From NCBI RefSeq assembly GCF_009914755.1, contig NC_060931.1: a stretch of 64,000 bases of DNA. The stretch is one strand, 5' to 3'. Both the position numbers and the translations under genes were made by a program. This DNA is from the human T2T-CHM13v2.0 reference genome, Homo sapiens. Under the pieces are notes generated by a model that saw only the letters and a list, made by a program, of their open reading frames with translations, was not told the origin of the DNA and ran no database searches. Each line of letters starts with the position of its first letter. Within the stretch, counting starts at the first letter, position 1. This document shows positions 28,886-42,599 of the stretch, piece by piece.

Positions 28886-31800
28886 GCAGATGGAGCAAGG
28901 TGAGGGCAGGGGTGGGAGCTTACATACTTCTACCTGAGATTCGTATAAATTTGTAACATTTCTCCTTTTATATATTCACTCCTTCTCTTTCCTATAAAGT
29001 TTTAAACCTGTGTTGCTAACTTTTTTAAGTATACAGAATATAGCCAATATAAACACTGTCTCAAATGAAAGAGCACTGCCCCATCTTGTTATTTCATCAG
29101 AGGGACACATATCCAGACCCATTCCTAATTAGAATGAATAAACAAGCTTCTTGTTTTAGGTCCAGGCTTTTCAGAATCTGGCTTAATTGTGTTGTCTTCT
29201 CCCACTCTTCTTTATCTTGAACACTTAACTACATTTAGGTCAATTTCTTTACTTATTCCTTCCTTACATTCAGGTGCTGTCACAGGCAATGGAAAAATAA
29301 TGGTGAGCAAAGCAGGCTTGGTCTCTGCCATCATGGAGCCTGTTTTTTCAGATAATGAAGTAATTAAGCAGATACTCAATTACAAAATGAGAGAAATAGT
29401 ATGAAGGCAAGAGATGATGGAGGCTCAGACTTTGGAAGCAGCAAGCGTGATGAAGAGGAGCAAATGGGTATGAGAACTTTTTCAGGAGATAAAATTGAGA
29501 GGATTTGGTAGTTAAAATTGAAAGGATTTGGTAGTTGATTGGAGATAAGGATTGAGGGGAAAGGAGAGGTATCAGAAGGAACCCCCAGATTGCTGGTTCT
29601 AGTTGGCCAATGTGTCATTCATCAAGAAGACATCTTTGGAAAAGCATACAGTTTGAGGGAGACAGATCATCAGTTTAGTTTTGTACATGTTGAATTTGAG
29701 AGCTTTCTCATGTTTGCTTTTCTTACAGGAAGCCTTCCCTGAATATTCTACCCTTTGATAATTATTCTAATGCTTATCGATTAATTATTAGCTGTTTCAT
29801 ATGCTTCAACTTAATAATTACTGCCAGTATATCTCATTGTCATTTCATGTCACACTGTGTTTCTCTAATTGCTATGTACGTGTGTTTTAAGTGAGAGTAG
29901 AAAATCCATGTGGGTACAAAATACATGATTACTATTTTTGTTTATCTAACTGATCACACTTGGTAGTGCACAATGTTATGAAGTAGTACGTATTTGGATT
30001 ACCAGTGTCACTAAGTGATTTCCTTGAGACACAGCCTCATTTCTTATGGTTAATTCATCATCTACAAAAATTTATTAGACAGCAAGTCTCTCTCACGGCA
30101 ATAGGAGTGAGTTTATTAACAGGAAGTGAATTATATCCTCCGATGTACTAGAGGAATTTGTTCTCTATCTGGAACTACTTTCTAATTAAAGTCATGACAT
30201 CCCTACCCCGACTTACTGTGTTGAATATTATTTAACCACGCCTCAAGTCAAACACAAGGGTGATGAGCCCTTGAGAGTTTTCCCAGTCTTATGTTTTCCT
30301 TTCTGTGAGTTTTCCTTTAGTACATTACAAAACATCATCTAAATTTGTGTCTTTAATAGAATTTGATAGCCTTCTTTATACTGTTTCTCAAATTAGCCTC
30401 AGAAATTTCAGCATTGGAAAATTAGTATTTTATTTTCCCAGCTGTTTAAATGTAATATATTTGAAGACAGAGGCACTGTCCTGTAAGTTTATAGCCTAAA
30501 TAAATCTATTTTAAAGGTGTACTGGTCAGAGGCCAGGTGGCATAATGGGATGACATATGAGCTATTCACATTTGAAGACCTGGCACTAAATTCAACTCAA
30601 GATGCCAGGAAAATGACTTTAGAGGTGTCAATTTGCTGGAGTCCTTGGTGGGCATCTGAGAACATCACAGAACTGCTCTAAGGTCTAACATAATGTATCC
30701 TCTGTAAATTATATTGCCACATTAGCCACCTAAGGTACAAAAGGGCAGTTTGAATGACTTCAGTAGACATTCCAAAATCTAGTTTTAATGAGTAATAAGA
30801 AGTACAAGCCTGTCTACAAGAAGACTAACCTAATCTAAAGGGTTCTACGTGGGACTGGGAGTTGAAATGTAAGCTTTTCTATGTCTCTGATCTTTATCTG
30901 GCTCATCAGTTATTCAGCAAGTATTTACTTAAGCCCCCTTTTCTGAGCCTTTGTCATTTTAGGCATGAATTTTATAACAAGACCAGTTGCCTTTCCTCTC
31001 CCTGGCTTCAGGTCTCCTACAAATGCCAATAATAATATTTCAAAGAAATGCTTTGAAGAATTTATTAGTTCTCCAAAAAAATACCATGATAACCCTGTCT
31101 AGAATACTTGTAAAATCATCTCTTCAATTATCCCAAGGTGCTTAATTGGACCGCTTATCTGAAGATCTTTTACTTTTTTTCATTTGCCAAGAATGTCTAG
31201 TAATTATGCACTCAGTTTCCATTTGAGTAGCTTTTCGAATTAGCTAGAAGGTCATCATCATTACTTTATATTTAATATCTGAATCTAAGGTTTCTGGTTT
31301 CTTTATTGTAGTAATACATTGTGTGCTATCCAGAAACATCACTTAATTTGAGAAAGCATAAAATGCTCAAAGGTACCATACTTTGATTTTTATTGTGAAA
31401 ATATATTTCAATAACTGACAGACTTATTCTCTACAAACTTGACCCATTTAGTTTCATTCCTTTTGCAATTAATGTCAGTCCTTTGGATACAATGGACTGG
31501 TGGACCATGCCAGCTGATGAGGGGTAATCCTGGGCATAGTGGGTTCTCTTTCTCTACTCAACAGGCAGGTTTAGCATGAAACTAATCTGCACATGAATTT
31601 GTGGCATTTCTAAGGAGCGCATCTAAGTTGATAATGCTGCAGTCTGCTTCCAGACTCTTTTCCAACGATCCTGCAGTTGGCTTGGGACATCCTCCGTGGA
31701 TTGCAAGATGCTGGAAGATAAGCAGATGGTTTTTCACTTGACCTCTCTGAACCACAGTTTCTTTTTCTTTACCTCCAACTATTAGGATCCCAGGATCCTT

Positions 31801-34800
31801 ATCTTAGTGAGAGTCTATGTTGTAATCCTTACCACCACCATCCCAAGTTCAAGGTTATGGCCTGTGGCCTTGCTAGTAGCTTACGTAGAGCCCTTTGATG
31901 GCTCATGAAGTCAGTTCATAGAAAGAAGTGAGGTAAACTGGGAACAAATTGAACATATTTAACTGAAGAGGTGATTTTGCATTAAAATATACCTTTATTA
32001 TCTCTTGGAATCAAAAATTATTTTATAAATCCTTATTGAATACGTACTCTGTGCCCATTCTGATACTATATAGCCTGCATATATTATGGGGAACAAAATA
32101 TACAAAGTCTCGTAAAGTATCCATCCTAGTGGGAAGGGAAAACAGTACACAAACAACAAAAAAGATCATTACTAACTGTTGTAATTAGATGAAGGCAGTA
32201 AGCAGGGTAGTGTGATAAGAGTAAATGGCAGGGGAGAAGATACTTGAGGAAGCCTTACTGAGGTGGGGGCACGTGAGGTGAGGATGGATGGGAAGGAGCC
32301 AGCAGTGTGAAGATGCACTTGATGGGCTTGGGCATGGCAGGGAAGGCTAGACATTCCAGAGAGAGGGAACAGGGCAGGCAAAGGATTCAAAGGAGGTACG
32401 AAAGGAGGCCAGGGTGACTGGGGAGAATGATGTGAGATGGCGTTTGTAAGGTGGACTGGGGCCAGATTATAGAGGAGGCCTTGTTTCAAAATTTAGGTTT
32501 TATTAGAAATGAAAATTCTTGAAACAGGCCTTTTTTTTTATGAACCTATTATCTCTTAGACCAAATGAAAGGTGACAGTTTTAACCTTGAATGGCCAACC
32601 TGCATTCATAATCTGGAATAATTGTGAGCAGAAGCCCGCAGCATGTTGAAATAGCATTATATTATATTCAAAGGCTAAAGACTGCTCAGTTCTCAGGCAT
32701 TTATCACTTGAAAGTGGAGAGAGTAGAAAAGTTTAAAAGGCTACAGCAATAACATTTGAGAAAATGAATAATTTAGAGAATGAAATCATGAATAATGAAT
32801 TTTTTAAAAAGACTCCTCACTTGTGATTAGAGATTCATAATTTTCATTTTATAGCAAAATATAGTTGGCTGTCATGCATTCCTGACCTTCTTCCCCTAAG
32901 TACAATTGGGCCCAACACATTAATACCTTGATGTGCAGACTTACGACTAGCTTCTTGTGTTGAAACCATTAAATTTTAATGTATTCAGCTTAAGCGTAAG
33001 TGGTCATAGATGATTCATAATGGTGCTCCCTGCTTTTGGTGAAAATGATCATCAGCAAGAGAATTGTCCCCAGTGGCCACACTTATCTTCGTAGATGATT
33101 TCCTAAACATTTTTTGTGCCCGTAGAAGACTAGGAATAAACACTGCACAGCTGTTGGGTAAAGCACTATGATAATTGCTCAGAAACCGCAGGGTATTTGA
33201 TGAAGATAAAGTGGAACTCTGTAACTCTTGACATTTTATTTTTTAATTCCTGGTGTCTTGGGGGTACAAGTGATACAAGCTGCTCTTTAAGAATGGAGTT
33301 AGCCAACCATGATTTTTTTTCTTTAAGAAATATAACCCAAGAGTAGCCCCCAGGATTATGACTTCATCATTTAGCTGTTGGGCATAGAAGCAGGATGAGC
33401 CAGGAGGCTTGACTGGCCGAAGCTTCAGATAGCAGCCTTACCCGATAAAAACAGGATTGTGTCTTGGGAATATGAGACTTAACAGCCTGGTAATTACTCG
33501 CATGTTCACCTGACCTAACCACTATCCGTGTACTGAAAAATCGCAGCCAAATATGCTGCCAGCTGAGTTTACTTATATTATGCAACCCCTATAGACACAT
33601 GTGATCTGATCATATCCCTCTAGAGCTTGAAGTCCTTCATTGCCTTCACAATAAACTCCTAATTATCTGCCACGACTCGTGAGTCCCTTCATAATCTAGT
33701 TCCTGTGTCTCCAGCCCCTTCATTCTTACTTGCCACCAGCAATTATGCTGCCATCATTCTCACCTATCTGCAGCTTCCAGAAGGATGCATATTCTCCTTT
33801 GTTCCCAGATCTCCCTGATCCTGGGCATATTATTCCTCTGCCCAGGATTCCCATCTTTCCTACTGCAGCTGGCTGACTCCTGTAGTCCTTCATAATTCCA
33901 ATATTGCCTAACGCCATTCATGACTCTTCCCCTGACCCACAACACCCCTCTCTATCAGTTTACCCAGATACCGTATCTGGGATTGCATTGTATTATAGAG
34001 CTCTGTTTCCCTTAACCCAACCCTGCAGTGGGATCCTTGAGGATAGTGCATGTGTTTTGTGGCTTTGGTACCCCTAGCGCTTAACATAGAGCCAGCACAT
34101 GGTAGATGCTTGCTGCAGGACGGATGGGTATATGTAGTATATCTCTTTCCTGGCCCTGAAATTGTGTAGAACAACTGGATTTTCTCCAAACCAGCCTAGG
34201 GATCATGGTGGATTATTCTGGGTAGGAACAAGATAACCAAACTTACTTTAGTCTTCCCATCACATTACAAACAATTCAACTGCTTCCCTTTCTAAATGAA
34301 GACATTTTTTCCAATCCCTTTGTTTAATGAAGGAACACAGTCCAAACTTGCCGTTAACTTTGTGAAATCACCACGAGATGCATTCATTAACTATTATAAG
34401 ATTAGCCACACCTGGGTATAAGCTTTGGTTCAGGTGCTTTGAGAATTGCTTTTATCCAAGCAAGGTCAAAATAAAACAGTGCTGCTGCTTACTTCCCCCT
34501 CCCCCGTTCACTGTTGCTTCAGTGGATGTACCAAGGAGATGGTCTGTCTCATTAAATAAAGCAATAGTATTTTAGGACTGGAAGATAAATCTAAAAGTCT
34601 CCATTCAAATACTCCAGGCCCTTCTGCATGTAAAACCACCCCAGAAAGATAGATGTTTATTCTTAAGCATCTCTAGGGATAGGCTTCCACAGCCCTCTCA
34701 ATTATGTGTTCCATTATCTCACCAGCCTTCTCATCAGGAAGGTTTTTTCCCTTAATGTTTAACTTTAATCCCTCCTGTTGCAATTTAAGCTCATTTCCTT

Positions 34801-36490
34801 TTGTCTTGGCTTCAGTGGAAATAAACAATACTCACTAGCACCTACCCATCCCTATTTTTAATTGAACATGTCTGACTTCCCCAGGCAGCTTTTTCTTTCT
34901 AGTGCTAAATGGACCCCATTTTGCCTTTTTCTCCTTATGCTACTTCTTGGAGACCCTTCCTTTTAAAACTTGCTTTGCTCTTACTGCAACAACTATTAGG
35001 GACTATACATTTCAAGTCTGTCGTTTAATCCTGCAGTTCATTTTTCTAATCTACCAATCTGTGTGATCTTAGTAAGCCACCTAATACACTGAAGAAGAAT
35101 TGATGGACACCATTTTAAAGTGCTTTAGAGTTGTGGAGTTCTTTTCTAAGTGAACTGCTACCATTGTCCAATATTCTTCTCTCTCCGCCCAACTCCACCC
35201 TGGTTTTCCTACTTAAGGGTAAATGTTTGTCCTGTCTTATTTCCTACTTCTTCATGCATAAGTTTAATGCAGGCCATGATGACAGTATTTCTGAGTCCTG
35301 CTCTGCCAAGATAGCTCAAAGGATGGAGGAAGAAGAAAAGGGAACAGTTTTCTCTTTTCCTCTAGCCTTTCCCAAATCGTAGAGGTAGTAGCCACCTGAG
35401 TTGACAGAAACGATAAATTCCCAGCTCTTGGAACACTGATCTTTTTGGGACTCTGAGATGAGAATTTGGGAATGATATGAGGAGGAAGATGAGTCAGAAA
35501 ATAAAAATATGCCGTGCATCCACCACCTAAAAATAGAGACTTCTCTCTAAAAACTAGAGAGGAGATCATTAAAAGTGTGAATGAGAATTAAACGGAGTCA
35601 AAAACTAGAACAAGAGAAAAGAAGAACAGGAAGAAACAGATCTGATCAAGTATGAAGAAGGAAAAATGCTTTAATTTGTGATCTTCCAACAGGACAATGT
35701 CATGGTAAGATTTCTTATTAAAATTAAACCAGCTGAAAATTCCAGAATAAGAACAGTGATTTGAATTTGTAATACAAGTACAGCAGTATTTTCCACTGAT
35801 GGCTATGTACTTTATGTTATTGATTCAAAGATATTACATAGACATGTTACCAACAATAGTCTTTTCTTTCTTGAAAAATAGTCGTTATTAATTTTACCCC
35901 TTAACAATTCTATGTAGTCTGACCTTTTAGGAATAATCCTGGGCTGAAAATAGAGTTGCCATTGAAATTTCAAAGTAACTTCAATTTCAAAGTAGGAATA
36001 TAAGTAGTAGTATGTTTTATTCTATTAATTGAAGATTGTATTAATGATACTCTGCCTTTCCTATAACTGTGCCATATAGGGCATTTCAAAGAAAGACTAG
36101 TTGACCCTTAGATTTACCATTGAAAATCAAAGGATGAAATTGAAATGTATGGCTGGTGGACTGTGAAGTCTCTGTGGTATATACAACAAAGTGATAAAAA
36201 ACATATATGGTAATAATCACTTTTGGGGGATTCCTTAAGGAGATATTTCTTTTTAAATGTGCATGTCTGTAACCTAGGACTATTCAAAATTAACAACAGC
36301 TACTCAAAAGGAAATGAAATATTCTTTTCTCCTGCTTCTCTGAAAAGGCACCATTTGACTAAAGTTTCAATCTGCAGACAAAATAGAATTCCTTCTTCCC
36401 CCAAATTTAATTAATTGGCTTCCGCTAGGTCAAGGAGGTGCCTTATTATATGGTACAGCCCCAAATCCTAAACTGAACTTGAAACAGCTA

Positions 36491-36886
<396 letters not shown>

Positions 36887-39696
36887 TTACAAAACCAAGA
36901 AATGCTCATTTTGATGACATATTGATGTCATGTTGATGCAATGGAGAGTATAGGTATAATTATTATTATAGAGTGTATTTTTAAAATTTATATTGCTAAA
37001 GCCTACAGATTGCAATGGGTCTAGGAGTGTAAATCAGAAGTACTGTCAAAACAGTACTCCAGATGTGTTGAGTCATCTCTGGTGTCAAAAGGATAAGTTC
37101 AGATAATAATCAAATAAAGGATTTGCTAGAATATGTGTAGGCACTCAGTCTGATTTATGTTCCCAGTTTTAAGACATCTATGCATTTCACTTCAACTTTA
37201 AACCAAGGTCAAGACCACTGGAACCTGGGATCTGGAAATGGGTTTATTGTTAGGATTAGTAACAGTTGTTTTGTTTCACAAACAACTATGGCCATCATTC
37301 TAAGAGATTGCTTTTAAAAGAATTTACGATCTCCACTGACACAGGAGGTAAAGTCTATACTGAAAAAGCAGTTCTATTTGAGCTATTTCTGATGTCATTC
37401 TGATCCGAAATCAGGACATTTGATTAGAAAATTGAATTTTGATAACTTTGTTATGGCCTATTGTACAACTACTCTCTATCTTAGCATGAAGATAGTGTGG
37501 TGCTTTTGCTGCCAAAGAAATAGTGTGTATTTTTGGCCTCTTTTACGCATTTCAAAAGCAACTTTTTATTCTAGTCTGGTGTAAAATTGATTCTCAGGTG
37601 AATAACTCAATCCTCTATTCCTGTTGAGTTGCACGTATGGGGTCACTGTAGCTGCAATGTGTATTGTAAGTGATGGTCGAGGGAAGGAATGTCTGAGTAT
37701 GACTGCAATATAGTATCTGTGCCAATCTGCATTCGGCGCTAAAACAAAGTCATGAGATGCGAAGTGCGAGCTTCTTTGAACAGTGTTTACAGCAGGCCTT
37801 ATTGCATGATCAGAGTTTCTGAGAAAGCAGCTAACTTAAGACTGCAGATCTCTGTATATTGCTGCCGATAAGACCACATACTTACTGGAACTTATGCTTT
37901 ATTCATTTTAGCTTTGAAAGATTTTCTAAAAATCTTGCCTGGAATTCATCAATTCTTTAAAAAAAATTTCATTATGTTACTGAATCTTGCTTTAAAGATG
38001 AAGATTGTCTTCTTTTGAGCTATCACCTCCCCTTCTTTGTTTTATTGGCAAATTGGAGAGAGAGGAGAGATATCTTATTTATTTTATCTTAGTTACATTA
38101 TAGTGTAATTTATCTGCTATAGACCTATTCTTACACTATCCACCCATGGCACCCTCATCACCATAGTTGTAACTCACCTGTAATTCGTCTTGCATGTTTG
38201 ACATTGGAAGGGATTTTAATACAACACAAACAACAAATAATTAGTTGGAAATGATGTGTTATATTTCAGGGGCATTATATATGGAGACAGGCTGACCTGG
38301 ATTTGTATTCTAGCCTATCACTTACGTTGCCATGTGATTTTGAGTAAGTAACTTAACCTTTCTGGGCCTTAGTCTCCTTATCTGAGACCATAGTAGTGTT
38401 GTAAGGACTGATCAAGATAATGCATGGAAGACACTTAGCATAGGACCTAGCCCATGGGAAATGTTCAATTCACGATGACTTTTCGTTTTATTCTGATTAT
38501 TATAATGGAAAGGTGATTTATTCTTTTTTTTGCGTCAGATGTTCTGAAACTGCGATAGAAGATTACATAAATTCTTGGCTGTCACTTTAAAGCCCTGATC
38601 CATTTCTTCTGGAAAAGAGGTGAAAATGTAATGTGTGCTCATTCTGTGATGAGAATAACAACAATCTCACAAATATTTCTATGTTGCCTTACCAGGCATT
38701 TGAGATTGAAAGCAGATCCAGCCTGTTTCTCCAAAAACTGAATTCATTGCTGGGAGATAATCTCTCTTTTTGAGGTAAAGAATGATTTGTACTAATTTTT
38801 TGGAACTAACACTTAAGAATCCCTGGCTGTAGAACTGCAGTGTAGATATAACATCAAAAGGAAATATTTATATAATGTAGTGCATGAGGCTACACAGGGA
38901 AGTGAAAATAGCTTGATGGTTGGTATTAGGTGAACCTATTTAAAATCTAGATTCTACTTACTAATCATTTGCTTTGGTGTCATTTCTAAAATGGTGGTTA
39001 TAATGCCTACTTCATAAGGATATTGAAATATCAAAAAAGATAACATATATGAAGTGCCTTGAGCTAGTCTTTGGTACATAGTCGATGCTCAGTAAATCTT
39101 CATTGTCTTCTGTCCTTCCTACAGTGTTTCACATATTTCCATGTACTACTATCTCTTTTTTACTGACTTGTCTTACTTTTAGACTTTCTGACCTTGAGCC
39201 TTCACTTCTGAGCCATTCCTATGTTTGCTTACTTGGTATGAGGAAGCCTGATTCTGTCACATAAGTTGCCTATTAGAGTTTCAGGAAAATGCAACTTAAA
39301 GGGAAATTAGGTGGTAACTGTGTACTGGCTGAAACATTTGTGAGCTCCCAAAAAATGCATCACTGCCAGGTAATGACTTCTGTTCAATAAGTCTATGTAG
39401 TCAACAGAATGATGTTATTCAGTAGTTTATTTTCTTTTGTTGTTTATCTTGGTTCCCTGTCTTTTTGTTTTCCAGGGTGCATGATGATAGCAGAGATTGT
39501 TTTAAATTCTATATTCAGTTCAGAGCTTCTGGGTTGTGGGTATTGTCTTGCCAGTGAATGTGAAAGACAGGCATGTCATCACTTAAGTTTTAACAGTCTA
39601 TCTTCAGGTCTGACTTGGAAACTTGCATAATAGCCAGCATCCAAATAGGGTTGAAGGCAGAGCCCAGATCAATACAAAACATTAAGGCTATCAGTA

Positions 39697-39697
<1 letters not shown>

Positions 39698-39745
<48 letters not shown>

Positions 39746-39788
39746 GCTATATATACTGCTTATATATATATATATATATATATATATA
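39698..39788. repeat. Interrupted (TA)23...(TA)14 microsatellite
   Basis: Directly read. Confidence 0.95.
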
Positions 39789-41249
39789 GCTATAAATAAA
39801 TTAGGATACCTCTTAGACTGCAGTTGTAGAGTATTTATACAGGTACAAGGTGAGAAGTGGAAGAGATGGTGTCCCAGTATCTTATTTGAATCACTTATTT
39901 ACTATTGGGGAAAAAAAATGTAAGGAGTGTGGTCTGCGGATAACATCTGGACCAGTTTTATCTACAAATGTCTATTTAAGTTTCCTTCCATTAGACAGAT
40001 TCTGTTGACTTCTGCCTTATGGGTAACAGACTCCATTCTATACTCACACCTTCACATATTTATAGACACAATATTGATATACTGATGGAAAAGATTGGTT
40101 CTCATTATTGTTAAGATATTGGCATAATGTTAGGTCAGTGATCAAGAAATGCTGCAGACAAGAATTAATGCTTTTTTAAAAAAAGATGTCTGTACTTTTG
40201 CCAAGTTTGAAAGATATTGCATTGTAATATATATATATATATTCACAATACATAATACATGATGCATAACATAATTACTAATATTATACATCTATGATGT
40301 ATATGTATACATTATGTATATATATTTTGAAATTCTGATGGTAGGTTATTTCCTGAAAGACAGAGAATTTTGGGAGTAACATCACCCTTAAAGTTCCCAC
40401 TTAATGAAGAAAATCAAACACTTATAAGGACCTTATAACTTAAAATTTAAAGAGGAGTTGCTCTGTTGTTTGTTTTGAAGAAGTATCTATGATTTGAAAG
40501 GTAGAGATAAAAGATTTAGTGCTTTTCAAATTTAAATGCCTGTTTTCTATTTTTATAGCTCTGGTTATTATCAGAATGCTACCTTTTTATTTTTTTAACA
40601 AGGTGAATTAGTTAGTCATTACTGTATGTATACAGTGCATTTTTGCCAAAAGTTATAAAACACATATGTTATTAATATAAAGACAAAACTTTCAAATCAC
40701 AGATGCTAAATTGGCTTAAATTTCATTGAAGAAGAATGTACATTTGACAAATTAGAGACACATTTTTCCAAAGAAAATTATAAGAACAAATATTAGATCC
40801 TTTATGTTAAAAGTGTAAACAGCTAGAATTTAAGAACGTAAGAAGAATAACTGTATATGAGGAACTAAGTTTCCCCAGGTTGTAAGTTTCTTTCCAGTGG
40901 TAGTTCAGTGGGGTAATGAGACCAATAAAAGGAAAGGGAGATAGGAATGATGATGGGGTTCTGTTCGCCTTCAGAATGGAAGCCTGATGTCATGTGGAAG
41001 TAGATTTAATTAGATGTGCATTTCTTAAGGAATCCGTAAATCAAGTCCAGACTGTTCTCTATTAAATTTTTAGGGTGAGCCTACCTGAAGTTCTATCTTT
41101 GTGCGTTTTCATTCTATCTGATGATACAGTGCTCTTTATGTGACCTGAAAAATATATAAACTCATTTCTTCTCCCAGCAGCATTCAAACTCAGCAGTCTC
41201 TCTCTTCTTTAAATGTGCATATTCCATATATCTCCCTGGATACCAGGAC

Positions 41250-42510
41250 TCTCAGTAGCTGTTGCTATTTTGTTCTCCTACTTTGAAACATACTTTTCTG
41301 AAATCACCTACCTTGTTATTTCTCTTAACTTTTGAGCAGTATTTGGTGCTGCTGACGATTTTCTCCTTGAGCACTCTTCCCCAGGCTCCAGGGCATCACT
41401 TTCCACTGATTGTCTCATCTCCTTGGCTGCTCCTTCTCAGCCTCTTTCATGGGCCTCTCTTCTCTGCTTAGCCTGAGAAGTTGGTATTCCTTCAGATTCT
41501 GTCCTTGGCTCTTCTCATTTACTGGGTGGTTTTAATTTCTGTTATTAGTTACTTTCTGCATGCTGATGACTTCTCAATTTGAATTCTCACCAGGTCTTCT
41601 CTCCCAAGCTCTAGATCCATACATCCAGTTGTTTATTGACCTTTTCCACTTAAATGTGACAGAAGTACCTTAATCTCAATATTTTCAGAAACTGAAGTCA
41701 TTATCTTCCATACCCCGTCTTACCCCAAAACCTACTTCTCTTTGTATTTAATATCTCAGGATTAGTACTGGCACCTATAGGTGCTCAAGCTAGATTTAAA
41801 TAGATGCATAAAATCTCTTGCCCTGAACCATATCTCTCTGTCCCCACCCATTAGCCTAGCTTAGGCCACCACTATTGCTACATTTGCTTTGTTGCAGCAG
41901 CCTGTTCTCCCTTCCTGTAGTCTTTCTTCTTCAATACATTTTTTATACTTCAGAACACATAGAAAGAACTTCCTTGGCTTACAGTCTTACTTCTTTGCCT
42001 CCTATTATCTCTAGGCTTAAGTACCAATTCCTTAATATGGTTATCAGGCCCTTCGTGACCTCATGATTTCATCATTGCTTTCTTTTCTAGCCTTGTCTCT
42101 CAGCACTCCCCATACCAGTGCATGACATGGATTTTTCTCTTTAAAAATGTGTACGTGGCTTCCTCTCTGGAGCTCCTGCCTCTTCCTCCCTTACCACTTT
42201 TGCTTGGTGAGTTTCTAATTGACTTAATTTCTCAGCATGCATGATATCTCCTCCAGAAGCTCTTGCTGACATCCCCACTTCCTTCCTCCCACTTAACCAG
42301 AGTTTTGTGTTTTCTCCTAGGTAACCCTATCGCTTACCCCTATCATGGATTTATCCTAATGTATTAGAACTGTCTTTTTACTCTCACATTTCCCTTCTAG
42401 ACTGTAAGTTCCTTAAGGTTAGCAATGGGCTTATCTGTGTTGTAACTTGTTAGTAGTTCCTGGAACATAGTGGATACTACAAAGCTATTTCTTGAGTTGA
42501 GTGTATGCAT
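41250..42510 (+). mobile_element. L2 LINE relic
   Basis: Pyrimidine-rich L2-like body ending CTAGACTGTAAGTTCCTTAAGG...CCTGGAACATAGTGG...TGAGTTGAGTG. Approximate limits. Confidence 0.6.
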
Positions 42511-42599
42511 GAATTACTGTGACAATTCCTTACTGTTTCCATAGTGGTTTTGCCAATGTCATCATGTATCATATCTTCTCTTATTTTCAGAATTTCTCT

